Shown in pieces: positions 1 through 8,153 of a stretch of DNA of 32,000 nucleotides. The DNA is taken from positions 120,001 to 152,000 of the forward strand of contig NC_008698.1 in the NCBI RefSeq assembly GCF_000015225.1, in the 5' to 3' direction. Origin of the DNA: Thermofilum pendens Hrk 5. GTDB taxonomy: Archaea > Thermoproteota > Thermoprotei > Thermofilales > Thermofilaceae. The position numbers and the translations under genes are program-made. Position 1 is the stretch's first letter, and the number at the start of each line of letters is the position of its first letter. Below the pieces are notes generated by a model, which was given only the letters and a program-made list of their open reading frames with translations, made no database searches and had not been told where the DNA came from.

Positions 1-95
1 GCGTACAGCGACGCGAGAAAACCCGCAAGGAGTGCCGAGAAGCCTACAGCTAGTAGAAAGAGACTTCTCCTTAGCTTCCCGGAGCCGCGCGGCAT
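1..95 (-). CDS. partial CDS (first 31 codons, continues past the window start): predicted secreted or membrane protein downstream of the ABC ATPase genes
   Basis: Absent from the ORF track because it is too short. ATG at 95-93 lies 2 nt after the stop of the upstream ATPase gene (100-98). Hand translation MPRGSGKLRRSLFLLAVGFSALLAGFLASLY shows a basic n-region followed by a hydrophobic helix. Confidence 0.4.
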   Translation of the reverse strand, partial: MPRGSGKLRRSLFLLAVGFSALLAGFLASLY

Positions 96-97
96 AC

Positions 98-1093
98 CTA
101 AGCCTTCGCTTCTCCGGCGAAGAGCCAACACTTAACGTAGTGGCCTGGCTCGACCTCCACTTCGGGCGGGTCCTCGCTCCTGCACCTGCTCGTCGCGAAG
201 GGGCACCTGGGCGCAAACCTGCACCCGGGCGGCGGGTTCACGAGGCTCGGCGGCTCTCCTGGCGGGACCTCCCTGTACCTCTTCCTATTCTCGGGGTCTG
301 GGTCGGGTATTGCCGAGAGCAAGGCGCGCGTGTACGGGTGCAACGGGTTCCTGAGTAGGGTCTTCGTTGGGGCTCTCTCCACTATGTGGCCGGCGTACAT
401 TATGAAGATCCACTCGCTGAAGTACCTCGTCGTCGATAGGTCGTGCGTGATGTAGATGAAGCTAATATTCCTCTTCTCTTGCAGGTCCCTCATCAACGTG
501 AGGATCTCAACCCTTACGGAGGCGTCGAGCATCGATACCGGCTCATCGGCTACGACAAGGCTCGGCTTGAGTATGAGCGCCCTCGCTATCGCTACTCTCT
601 GGAGCTGGCCGCCACTAAGCATGTGCGGGTACTTGTACGCAAAATCTTCTACCGGGGTGAGCCTTACCTCTTCGAGGGCCTTGAAAACCATTTCAGCCCT
701 CTCCTCCTTGCTCCCGACCTTGTGTATGATTAGGGGTTCCTCGAGGATGCGGTAGATGTTCATGAAGGACGGCATGGCCCCGTATGGATCCTGCTGCACG
801 AGCCCGGTCTCCCTCTTGTACCACATTAGCTCCTTCTCGGGCGTGTGCGTTATGTCCCTACCTTTGAACACGAGCTTACCGTCCGTGGGCTCGTAGAGGC
901 GGAGGATAGTCTTGCCCAGCGTCGTCTTCCCGCTACCCGACTCGCCGACGAGCGATACGGCTTCGCCTGCCCTCAACTCGAAGGAAACTCCGTCAAGCGC
1001 CTTTACTTCCACTGTGCCTCCGAAGAGACCTCTCCGAACAGTGAACCACTTCTTCAGGTTTTCCGCCTTCAGTATAACCTTATCCTCGGACAC
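98..1093 (-). CDS. oligopeptide/dipeptide ABC transporter ATP-binding protein (OppF/DppF-like)
   Basis: Walker A GESGSGKT, ABC signature LSGGQLQR, Walker B LVVADEP, H-loop ITHD. C-terminal peptide-ABC extension contains PPPGCRFAPRCP. GTG start at 1093. Confidence 0.9.
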   Translation of the reverse strand: MSEDKVILKAENLKKWFTVRRGLFGGTVEVKALDGVSFELRAGEAVSLVGESGSGKTTLGKTILRLYEPTDGKLVFKGRDITHTPEKELMWYKRETGLVQQDPYGAMPSFMNIYRILEEPLIIHKVGSKEERAEMVFKALEEVRLTPVEDFAYKYPHMLSGGQLQRVAIARALILKPSLVVADEPVSMLDASVRVEILTLMRDLQEKRNISFIYITHDLSTTRYFSEWIFIMYAGHIVERAPTKTLLRNPLHPYTRALLSAIPDPDPENRKRYREVPPGEPPSLVNPPPGCRFAPRCPFATSRCRSEDPPEVEVEPGHYVKCWLFAGEAKA

Positions 1094-1099
1094 TTCCCC

Positions 1100-2068
1100 T
1101 CACCTCTTCCCCTCGTGATACAACCAACACTTAACGAAGGAACCGGTCTTAAGCTCGAAGGGCGGGGGGTTCTCCCTGAGGCACCTCTCGTAGGCGTAGG
1201 GGCACCTCGGGTGGAACCTGCACCCGGGCGGCGGGTTTATCAGGCTTGGAGGAGCGCCGGGTATGAACTCCAGCTTCTTGTCCGTCCTCAGAGTTGGTAC
1301 GCTCGCCATAAGCTTCTCGGAGTACGGGTGCCTGGGGTTTGTGTAGAACTCGTCTGCATCCGCTATCTCGACTATCTCTCCCGCGTACATAACTGCTACG
1401 CGGTCCGCTAGCTCGCTGGTAACCGCTATGTCGTGGGTGATGAAGATGTATGAGAGACCCATCTCGTTCTTAATTCGCTTGAGCAGGTTGATTATGTTGG
1501 CCTGCGTGATTACGTCTAGCGCGGACGTCGGCTCGTCCAGAATTATTATGTCGGGGTGAGTGATTAGCGCCATAGCTATGACAGCCCTCTGCTTCATACC
1601 TCCCGAAAGCTCGAAGGGGTACCTGTCGGCAAAGCTCTCGTGTATCCCCACGAGCCTCAGGTACTTCTTCGCCTCTGCGAGGGCCTCCTCGGGGGACATG
1701 TTGTTGTGAATCATTAGGGGCTCCGCTACCTGGAAGCCTACCTTGAGGACGGGGTTCAGGCTGTTCTGGGCTCCCTGGAAGACCATGGAGATCTTACGCC
1801 AGCGTATAAGCCTTCTGAACATCTCGTCGCTGAGCTTCATCACGTCGTTACCGTTGATGTATATCTCTCCGGTGAACGTGTGGACGTTCCTCGGCAGGAG
1901 CCTTATCAGGGCCCTCGCCAGGGAGCTCTTACCGCAACCGGACTCGCCGACTATGGCAAGGGTCTCTCCCTTCTTAAGGTCGAAGCTCACGTTGTCAACA
2001 GCCTTGACTACCCCCTTACGCGTCGAGAAGTAGAGGCGCAGGTTTCTAACCGTGAGCACGCTACTCAT
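1100..2068 (-). CDS. oligopeptide/dipeptide ABC transporter ATP-binding protein (OppD/DppD-like)
   Basis: Walker A GESGCGKS, signature LSGGMKQR, Walker B IILDEP, ITHD. C-terminal extension contains PPPGCRFHPRCP. ATG at 2068 is preceded by GGTGGGAGG. The track start at 2077 (GTG) is the alternative. Confidence 0.9.
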   Translation of the reverse strand: MSSVLTVRNLRLYFSTRKGVVKAVDNVSFDLKKGETLAIVGESGCGKSSLARALIRLLPRNVHTFTGEIYINGNDVMKLSDEMFRRLIRWRKISMVFQGAQNSLNPVLKVGFQVAEPLMIHNNMSPEEALAEAKKYLRLVGIHESFADRYPFELSGGMKQRAVIAMALITHPDIIILDEPTSALDVITQANIINLLKRIKNEMGLSYIFITHDIAVTSELADRVAVMYAGEIVEIADADEFYTNPRHPYSEKLMASVPTLRTDKKLEFIPGAPPSLINPPPGCRFHPRCPYAYERCLRENPPPFELKTGSFVKCWLYHEGKR

Positions 2069-2078
2069 GCCTCCCACC

Positions 2079-3503
2079 TCACATCTCCCTAAGCCTCGGG
2101 TTGACGATTCGGTCCAGCGCGAACCCCAGGAATGCGAAGGCGAAGGCCGTCAGCATGAGCAGTATAGAGGGCTCCAATACCCAGTAGTAGTACCCCCTGT
2201 ACAGCGCGCCACCGTTATACGCGTCATTCAGAACCTTGCCCCACGTAGGTAAGAAGGGGTCGCCCAGACCGAGGAACGAGAGAGCAGCTTCCAGGAAGAC
2301 GTAGCCGGGAACGGCACCAATAAGCCCGGGGACTATCGGCGGAATGATCTTCGGGATTATGTAGAGGAAGATTATCCTCCAGTCGGAGGCTCCGTAAGCC
2401 TTCGCCGCCTCTATGTAGGGGTACTCCTTTATGGACAGCACGAGCGCCCTCGTACTCTTAATGCCCGCTCCGAAGATACTGAGCACTATGACCACGGTCA
2501 GGATAACCCAGATGTCCACCTTGTAGAACGCCGCTATTATTATAAGGAACGGCAGGAACGGTAGGATCATGTATACTTCGGTTATCCTCTGAATCACCGA
2601 GTCTACTACGCCGCCGTACCAAGCACCTATCGTCGCTATGATCATCTGTAACATAGACGTGACGAGAGACGCCGTCAACCCGAACGCCAAGGCTACCGGC
2701 GCGCCCCACAGCAAGGCTATCTCCAGTGGCCTGCGCAGGTTATCCGTGCCAGCGGGGCCGTAGACCTGACCGTATATTACAACCTTGGCTTCCAGGTCCG
2801 AGTCTTCACCGAAGCAAGTAGCCTCTATGTTCATCCTGTAAATACCTTTCTCGACGGGAAGGTTGCCCTTTTCGAGGCCTTCGCGCGAGTACTTTCCAAA
2901 GGTTAGTTCGAGCTGGTCAAGTAGGTCGGAGACGTTGGCACCGTACTTCGTGGCGGCGTAGAGCGCGAGAGCTTTTCTAACTTCCTCGCTTATCGAGTAG
3001 TAAAGAGAGTCATTAGGAGCTCTTAGCGAGAAGCGGGGTATTTCCAAGGTTAAGCCGTCCGGCCTCTGGATTGTTATCTTCACTATAGGTGGATCCTTCG
3101 TGTACTTAGCGTGGAAGAATATGTTTAGCTCGGATGGGTAGTCGTCGTATTGGTAGTCGAACATAAAGCTAATGGACACTAGCTTCATGTCAGTTCCAGC
3201 TATCGGCGTTACGGCTTTCGAGACCCCGAACGTCTGAATCCTCGAGTCAAGCTTTATCGTGCGCGGAAGCTTCCTCCCGACAAAGATCTCCCACCACTCT
3301 GGAGGCACAGCTCGGGGATTCTCGATCCATATATCCTCCGAGCCTCTCCAAAGCTTTATAGCCTGGTCGTAAGGGATGGTGACCACGGCATAGATAGAAA
3401 ATGCTACTAGGAAGGCTAGTATCGCAAGCCCCAACACTCCAGACTTGTAAGTGAGTAGCTCTTTCAGCGTGGCCTTAATCCCGGAGACCGGCCTGCTGGA
3501 CAC
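2079..3503 (-). CDS. peptide ABC transporter permease (OppC/DppC-like) with a long extracytoplasmic insert
   Basis: EAA-type loop IEAAKAYGASDWRIIFLYIIP and multiple C-terminal hydrophobic helices. One N-terminal TM (VLGLAILAFLVAFSIYAVV) is followed by about 230 non-hydrophobic residues before the permease core. GTG start at 3503. Confidence 0.85.
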   Translation of the reverse strand: MSSRPVSGIKATLKELLTYKSGVLGLAILAFLVAFSIYAVVTIPYDQAIKLWRGSEDIWIENPRAVPPEWWEIFVGRKLPRTIKLDSRIQTFGVSKAVTPIAGTDMKLVSISFMFDYQYDDYPSELNIFFHAKYTKDPPIVKITIQRPDGLTLEIPRFSLRAPNDSLYYSISEEVRKALALYAATKYGANVSDLLDQLELTFGKYSREGLEKGNLPVEKGIYRMNIEATCFGEDSDLEAKVVIYGQVYGPAGTDNLRRPLEIALLWGAPVALAFGLTASLVTSMLQMIIATIGAWYGGVVDSVIQRITEVYMILPFLPFLIIIAAFYKVDIWVILTVVIVLSIFGAGIKSTRALVLSIKEYPYIEAAKAYGASDWRIIFLYIIPKIIPPIVPGLIGAVPGYVFLEAALSFLGLGDPFLPTWGKVLNDAYNGGALYRGYYYWVLEPSILLMLTAFAFAFLGFALDRIVNPRLREM

Positions 3504-3514
3504 ATCCCTTCACC

Positions 3515-4579
3515 TCACGCTATACCAGCCTTTATTCTCGGATCTATCAGAGCGTAGACGAAGTCCAGTATCAGCACCGTAGCGGCGAGAAGGTAGGCGT
3601 ATATAACGGTTATGCCCACGAGGACCGGCGTGTCGAAGCTCTGTATCGCCCTCCACGTCACGAGCCCGAGCCCGGGCCACTCGAACACAGTCTCCGTTAT
3701 GATAGCGCCGCCCCACGAGCCTATAAGGCTCAGCGCGAAGTTCGTTACTATTGGTGGCAACGAGGGCCGCAGGATGTAGCGAGTCTCTATGAGCCTCGGC
3801 GGAAGCCCCTTAGCCTTCGCTGCCTCGACGTAGTCCTCCGTGGAGAAGATCAGGAAGAACGTCCTGGTCCCGTAAACCCCTAGGAAGAAGCCCGAGATTA
3901 TCCAGGACGCCATGGGGAGTATCATGTGCTTGAGGACGCTCAGCGCGTAGGAAATCGGGTCGGGTGGTGGCGGCACGTCCACCATGCCTCCGGGCGGTAG
4001 CACGTGGAGCCAGGTGTAGAATATCAGTATGAGGAAAATCCCGTAGAACCAGCCGGGAAGAGTCGACGTCGGCGACAGGGCCACTACAAGCTTGTCGAAA
4101 AAGCTTCCGTAGTGGCGGGAGAGGTAAAGCCCCAGGAACAAGTGGATGAAGAAATTGATCACTGTTACCGTTGTGAAAAGCATCACGGTGTTAGGTAGCC
4201 TTTCGAGTATGATGTTCTTGACAAGGCGCGAGCCGCTATCACTAGTCATGAAAAGCGCCCTGCCAAGGTCCAGTGTCAAGGCGTTTTTAAGGTAGATAAA
4301 GCTCCTCTCGAGGAACGGCCTATCGTACCCGAGCCTCTTCACCTCAAGTTCAAACATCTGCTTTACCAGTTTGTCCTTTTCGGGACCAGGAAGGGAGCGG
4401 TAACGGGGATCTCTGTTTATCTGCTCGTAGATACTCGTGTAAAGATCTCCGAGAACGAACTCGTCTATCTTACCACCCATGTTGGCCACTATAATTGTAA
4501 GGTAGACAGCCACGACCACCGTTAGGTAGATCACTATAGCTCTCAGCGCTATATGCTTGACTAGCTTCTTTGAGACCAT
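3515..4579 (-). CDS. peptide ABC transporter permease (OppB/DppB-like)
   Basis: Permease core with EAA-type loop YVEAAKAKGLPPRLIETRYILRPSLPP and 6 hydrophobic segments. ATG at 4579 is preceded by AGGTAGGTGG. Confidence 0.85.
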   Translation of the reverse strand: MVSKKLVKHIALRAIVIYLTVVVAVYLTIIVANMGGKIDEFVLGDLYTSIYEQINRDPRYRSLPGPEKDKLVKQMFELEVKRLGYDRPFLERSFIYLKNALTLDLGRALFMTSDSGSRLVKNIILERLPNTVMLFTTVTVINFFIHLFLGLYLSRHYGSFFDKLVVALSPTSTLPGWFYGIFLILIFYTWLHVLPPGGMVDVPPPPDPISYALSVLKHMILPMASWIISGFFLGVYGTRTFFLIFSTEDYVEAAKAKGLPPRLIETRYILRPSLPPIVTNFALSLIGSWGGAIITETVFEWPGLGLVTWRAIQSFDTPVLVGITVIYAYLLAATVLILDFVYALIDPRIKAGIA

Positions 4580-4613
4580 ACCACCTACCTTTCAACGTAA
4601 ATGTGTTTCAGGA

Positions 4614-4624
4614 ATTTAAATAAA
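4614..4624 (-). promoter_or_regulatory. TATA-like box (minus strand TTTATTTAAAT), putative internal promoter for the permease/ATPase genes
   Basis: A/T box about 35 nt upstream of the permease ATG (4579), inside the 125-nt AT-rich spacer that follows the binding-protein gene. Confidence 0.4.
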
Positions 4625-4680
4625 TTATTTGTTATGCTTTTTAAACAAACCTATATAGGAAAAGAGCTAATCTTCTTGCT

Positions 4681-4704
4681 AAAGAAAAAGAAAAATTTTT
4701 TCTT
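4681..4704 (-). terminator. oligo-T terminator after the substrate-binding protein gene
   Basis: The minus strand directly after the TAA stop (4707-4705) reads AAGAAAAAATTTTTCTTTTTCTTT. An A-run and T-run can pair, and T5/T5/T3 tracts follow, as expected for archaeal oligo-T termination. Confidence 0.5.
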
Positions 4705-7392
4705 TTATTGTTTTTGGGCGGTTTCTGCTTTTGGTTTCCTTAAAGCGAGGAAGACTGCCACGACAGCTATTATCAGGCTTAGCACTGAAAGGGCAAGCAC
4801 GGTATTGACGGTGCCTTGTAGCGACGAAACACTGTTAGCGATGTCCGATATCTTGCCTCTAACCTCGCTTACACCAGTCTCGACGCCAGCAATCCTAGAC
4901 TCGAGCTGCCCTCTAATCCCGGCGACCATGGTCTGGAAGTAGGCAATCTGCGGGATGACAGTGAACGGAGACTCCTTTATAGCCGGGCTCGCTACGTCCT
5001 TGCTCAGCGCTATCACCATTATCCTGTAGGGGCCGGGCGTCAGCTTGCCCGTGTCCTCCGGGCTCAGCTTAGCCTGCCAGACACCCTCGGCGGTGGGCGT
5101 TGCAGAGCCCTTCGCGAGTACGTTGCCGGCTGGGTCCAGCACCAGGAACTTCACGAAGTCCATGCGCTTGTTGGGGTACGGCTGGCCCTTGTAGGTAACC
5201 TGTATCGTGAACACGGCCTCGAGCCCTGGCACGACGTTGTCCGGCGGTCTCACGGCGACCTCCGGTATCGGCGGAGTTGCGAGCCAGGCCCACCTGTCGG
5301 ACTTGTCAGGATAGTTCCTGTTAGCCTTGAGAACAGCTACGTGAGCATTATAGTCCGCGGTGTCGAGGTAGTAGGGACCGTCGCCCACCCAGAAGTGCTT
5401 GTGTGCCGCGTACCAGCTCTTAAGGGCGTTGTACCTAGCTTTAGCCTCGTCGACGCTCACGTACTTGCTCATGAAGTCCTTGAACGGGATGTAGCCCTCC
5501 GCGAGGGCTTCGTCGAGCATCTTCGAGAGGATGTCGAGGCTCGGTCCGCCGATGTAGTTCATCCACTCAACCTTCATCTTGTCTGCCTTGTCAGCGCTGA
5601 ACGCCAACAAGCCTTTCTCCTCGGCCCTTATACCTATGGCGAGGGCGTGCCACGGGAAGTTAGGCCACCCGGCGAACCCGGATACTATCAGCTCGACGTC
5701 GGGGCTCGTGTAGTTCACGTAATACTCTATCACGAGCGGGGAAGTGCTCACGAAGCGCCAAGCAATGAAGTAGGATCTCCAGGCCTGGAAGCTCGGAACC
5801 GCTGACTCGTCGTAAAGCGGGCTGCTCGGGTCAACCCTGGCAAACGTCAGAGGCCAGCCTATAACCCAGTCCGCGAGGCTCATCGTTGTCCCGTCGTGAT
5901 ACTTTATCTTGCCTATGACGTCGCCGTAGCTAACCACTATCTTGAACTGCGCGTTCTTTACACCGGCCTCTCCGGCCGTCACGACCTTGTTGTTCTTCAC
6001 GTCGTAAGAGTACCACGCGTCCGCGGGTACTTCGACCTTGTCGACAAACGTGAGCTTGCACCAGTCGCTCGAGCTAGTAGTGGGGGTGCCCTTCAGCGCA
6101 TAGACCTCCGCGCTGACAGCCCTCTCGGGTAGCGGTAGGCCTGTGTACGGGCTTATGAGGAACGCATAACCCTGTGTTGCCCCGATAAGTACTGCATCGT
6201 AGACCCAGTTCGTCCCCGCAACCGGGTTCCAAGGTTCTACTAGTACTTCTCTCATGGCAGCTTTCACGCTACCTCCCGCCTTGTCGACGTAGCGCAAGGT
6301 TCTGAGAGAGATCGGAGATGAGAAGCCTCCGCTAAGGTCGGCCGCAAGGTCCACCTTCTTGCTGTAGATGTAGGGTACTATCTGGTCTACCAGCCAGACT
6401 CTAACGGAGTCCTTGAGAGCAAGGACAGCCGCCTTAGCCATAAGCTCCTGTCTTTCCTCTATGGTCTTGAACTGCCCATTCCACAGTCTAGTAGCTATGT
6501 CCATGAAGACGGGGTCCGGCTTGTAAGCCTGCCAGAGCGGCTCAGGTCTTCCGAGCGGAGTGTAGAAGTATCCCCAGACGCTACTATCGTCTCTGCTCAC
6601 AGCCGTAGTTATCCAGCCTCCGGTGTATATGTGCCACTGCCCGTCTGCCGGGTTTCCGCGTATCCATATCGGGCTGGCTTCGCGCGCAGTCTTGTACATT
6701 CGTTCAACGGTGAAGCCGAGCTTCTCCAGCTGGTCTGCAACGTAGTCGCCTATCCGCCTCCTCTGGTCCTCGGTTCTTATCAGGAACTTTATGACAACAG
6801 GTTCTCCCTTGTAGTACCACTTCCCGTCCTTGTACGTTGCGCCCAGCTTCGCCATCTCCTCGAATATTATCTCCTTGCCCTTTTCGAAGTTGTAGCTGTA
6901 CTGTGCCTCGAGCAACTTAACGGTGTCCGCCAGCTTAGCGTACTCGGGGAACTGGGAGATCAGGGGTAGCCACTTGGGTACAGCGAAGCCCAGCATTATC
7001 TCGTTCACGATGTAGTTCCTGTCGACAATGTAGTTCATAGCCTCCCTGATCCTCGGAACGCTGAAGGGGTTAAGCTTCCCGGTCTTCGGGAACTCCGGTC
7101 CCACGGGGTTGAACGTTAGCTCGAAGTAGAGCCCGAAGGCGTACTTGTAGTTTATGTTGGGGTCTGTTTTTAGCCTCTGAGCTATCGCCGCGTCGACGCG
7201 GACATCGCTGAAGTAAACCTGCACGTCTCCCTTGGCAATCATGTCCATTACTTTCGCTGGGTCGCCTTCCTTGAGGAAGGATACCTCGTCTACCCATGGA
7301 CCCTGGAGTGGCTGTGGTTGTGCGCTTAGAAGCGGAGCCAGGAATGCGGCTACGAGCAGTGCTACGAGTAGTAATGAAAGTTTGGTGTTCAT
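4705..7392 (-). CDS. peptide ABC transporter substrate-binding protein (family 5) with C-terminal Ig-like region, helical stalk and TM anchor
   Basis: Signal peptide MNTKLSLLLVALLVAAFLAPLLSA. The body resembles an SBP_bac_5 protein and sits directly upstream of the permease genes. About 200 extra C-terminal residues end in a heptad-like segment (QLESRIAGVETGVSEVRGKISDIANSVSSLQGTVNTV) and the TM helix LALSVLSLIIAVVAVFLAL. Confidence 0.85.
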   Translation of the reverse strand: MNTKLSLLLVALLVAAFLAPLLSAQPQPLQGPWVDEVSFLKEGDPAKVMDMIAKGDVQVYFSDVRVDAAIAQRLKTDPNINYKYAFGLYFELTFNPVGPEFPKTGKLNPFSVPRIREAMNYIVDRNYIVNEIMLGFAVPKWLPLISQFPEYAKLADTVKLLEAQYSYNFEKGKEIIFEEMAKLGATYKDGKWYYKGEPVVIKFLIRTEDQRRRIGDYVADQLEKLGFTVERMYKTAREASPIWIRGNPADGQWHIYTGGWITTAVSRDDSSVWGYFYTPLGRPEPLWQAYKPDPVFMDIATRLWNGQFKTIEERQELMAKAAVLALKDSVRVWLVDQIVPYIYSKKVDLAADLSGGFSSPISLRTLRYVDKAGGSVKAAMREVLVEPWNPVAGTNWVYDAVLIGATQGYAFLISPYTGLPLPERAVSAEVYALKGTPTTSSSDWCKLTFVDKVEVPADAWYSYDVKNNKVVTAGEAGVKNAQFKIVVSYGDVIGKIKYHDGTTMSLADWVIGWPLTFARVDPSSPLYDESAVPSFQAWRSYFIAWRFVSTSPLVIEYYVNYTSPDVELIVSGFAGWPNFPWHALAIGIRAEEKGLLAFSADKADKMKVEWMNYIGGPSLDILSKMLDEALAEGYIPFKDFMSKYVSVDEAKARYNALKSWYAAHKHFWVGDGPYYLDTADYNAHVAVLKANRNYPDKSDRWAWLATPPIPEVAVRPPDNVVPGLEAVFTIQVTYKGQPYPNKRMDFVKFLVLDPAGNVLAKGSATPTAEGVWQAKLSPEDTGKLTPGPYRIMVIALSKDVASPAIKESPFTVIPQIAYFQTMVAGIRGQLESRIAGVETGVSEVRGKISDIANSVSSLQGTVNTVLALSVLSLIIAVVAVFLALRKPKAETAQKQ

Positions 7393-7423
7393 ATTTTGTC
7401 GATTATTATCTTGTCATGATGCC

Positions 7424-7442
7424 TATTTAAATTTTGCCGAGG
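7424..7442 (-). promoter_or_regulatory. putative promoter of the binding-protein gene: CCTCGGCAA element plus TATA box TTTAAATA
   Basis: The minus strand reads CCTCGGCAAAATTTAAATAGG. The TATA edge is 31 nt upstream of the ATG at 7392, implying a very short leader. Confidence 0.5.
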
Positions 7443-7528
7443 ATTTTTCTGAAATAGATAAACAAAGACTATTAACTATGCAGTCTAGCAACGTGGTGTA
7501 CAACTCTACTCTTTTTAAGCTATCCCCG

Positions 7529-7556
7529 TAAAAAATTTATAAGCCTTGCCGAGGCT
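7529..7556 (-). terminator. hairpin plus T6 tract after the Lrp-family gene
   Basis: The minus strand reads AGCCTCGGCAAGGCT (5-bp stem AGCCT/AGGCT, 5-nt loop) and overlaps the TAG stop. TATAAATTTTTT follows it. The A/T box could alternatively act as a second TATA (see findings). Confidence 0.4.
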
Positions 7557-7974
7557 ACTTCAGCTTTTCAAGCACGATTGCCGGGCACACCCTCTTCACA
7601 CCCTCCGTCGAGCCTATCTCCCCGATTATCTGCGTGAGGTGCTTGTTATCCCTAGCCCAGGCTTCCACCATTATCATGTGATCCCCCGTGGTTAGGTAGA
7701 CCTTCACCGCGAAATCCTTCGACGCTATCTTTGATGCTACGTCGAGTATTTTCTCTGGTTCTACGTCTATGCCTATCAGCGCGACGCTCTTGTAGCCGAG
7801 CTTCGAGGGATCGACCTCAACTGTATACTTCTTTATTACACCTGCCCTTTCCAGTTTTCTTAGACGCTTCTTCACGGCTACATCCGTTATTCCCAGCTTT
7901 CTCCCCAGCTCTGTGAGCGAGGCCCTGCCGTTCTCCGTAAGCTCCCTTATCAAGGCTAAGTCTTTTTCATCCAT
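7555..7974 (-). CDS. Lrp/AsnC family transcriptional regulator
   Basis: N-terminal HTH (LALIRELTENGRASLTELGRKLGITDVAVKKRLRKLERAGVI) and a C-terminal RAM/AsnC-type domain. The ATG at 7974 (MDEKDL...) gives the usual size of about 139 aa. The track start at 8058 is TTG and adds 28 atypical residues. Confidence 0.85.
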   Translation of the reverse strand: MDEKDLALIRELTENGRASLTELGRKLGITDVAVKKRLRKLERAGVIKKYTVEVDPSKLGYKSVALIGIDVEPEKILDVASKIASKDFAVKVYLTTGDHMIMVEAWARDNKHLTQIIGEIGSTEGVKRVCPAIVLEKLK

Positions 7975-8153
7975 GCGCACTTCTCGAGCCACAACCGTGC
8001 TAACAGTTATCTCCGCTAAAAAGGCTTCGTTATATCCGTCAACTTTAAATCCGTGCAACCCTATAAACTAGCACCGGCAGGATCGCGCCTCGACGCCCCC
8101 GAGCGGGGGTGGATGAAAAGGCGCCCGGGAAAACGCTACTCCGCGTCTAGCAG

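Noticed and set aside
32-358. 108-aa plus-strand ORF at the window start.
   Set aside because: It is antisense to the OppF-like ATPase, with an Arg/Pro/Ala-rich translation and no motif.
216-1237. 23-nt exact DNA repeat AACCTGCACCCGGGCGGCGGGTT at 216-238 and 1215-1237.
   Set aside because: Both copies encode the conserved NPPPGCRF motif in the C-terminal tails of the two paralogous ABC ATPases. This is paralogue conservation, not a mobile or regulatory repeat.
7416-7452. ATGATGC ... CTGA on the plus strand of the oppA upstream spacer, as a possible C/D box sRNA.
   Set aside because: The C box is imperfect, the C-to-D distance is only 26 nt, and there are no C' or D' boxes and no terminal stem.
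7975-8058. N-terminal extensions implied by the longest-ORF starts: Lrp gene to 8058, adk to 22307, moaD-like to 29121, PP-loop gene to 11356, anchored secreted protein to 26328.
   Set aside because: The extensions start at TTG or GTG and add residues absent from the family cores. They run through A/T-rich promoter-like sequence or overlap the upstream gene. Internal ATG or GTG starts give canonical lengths.
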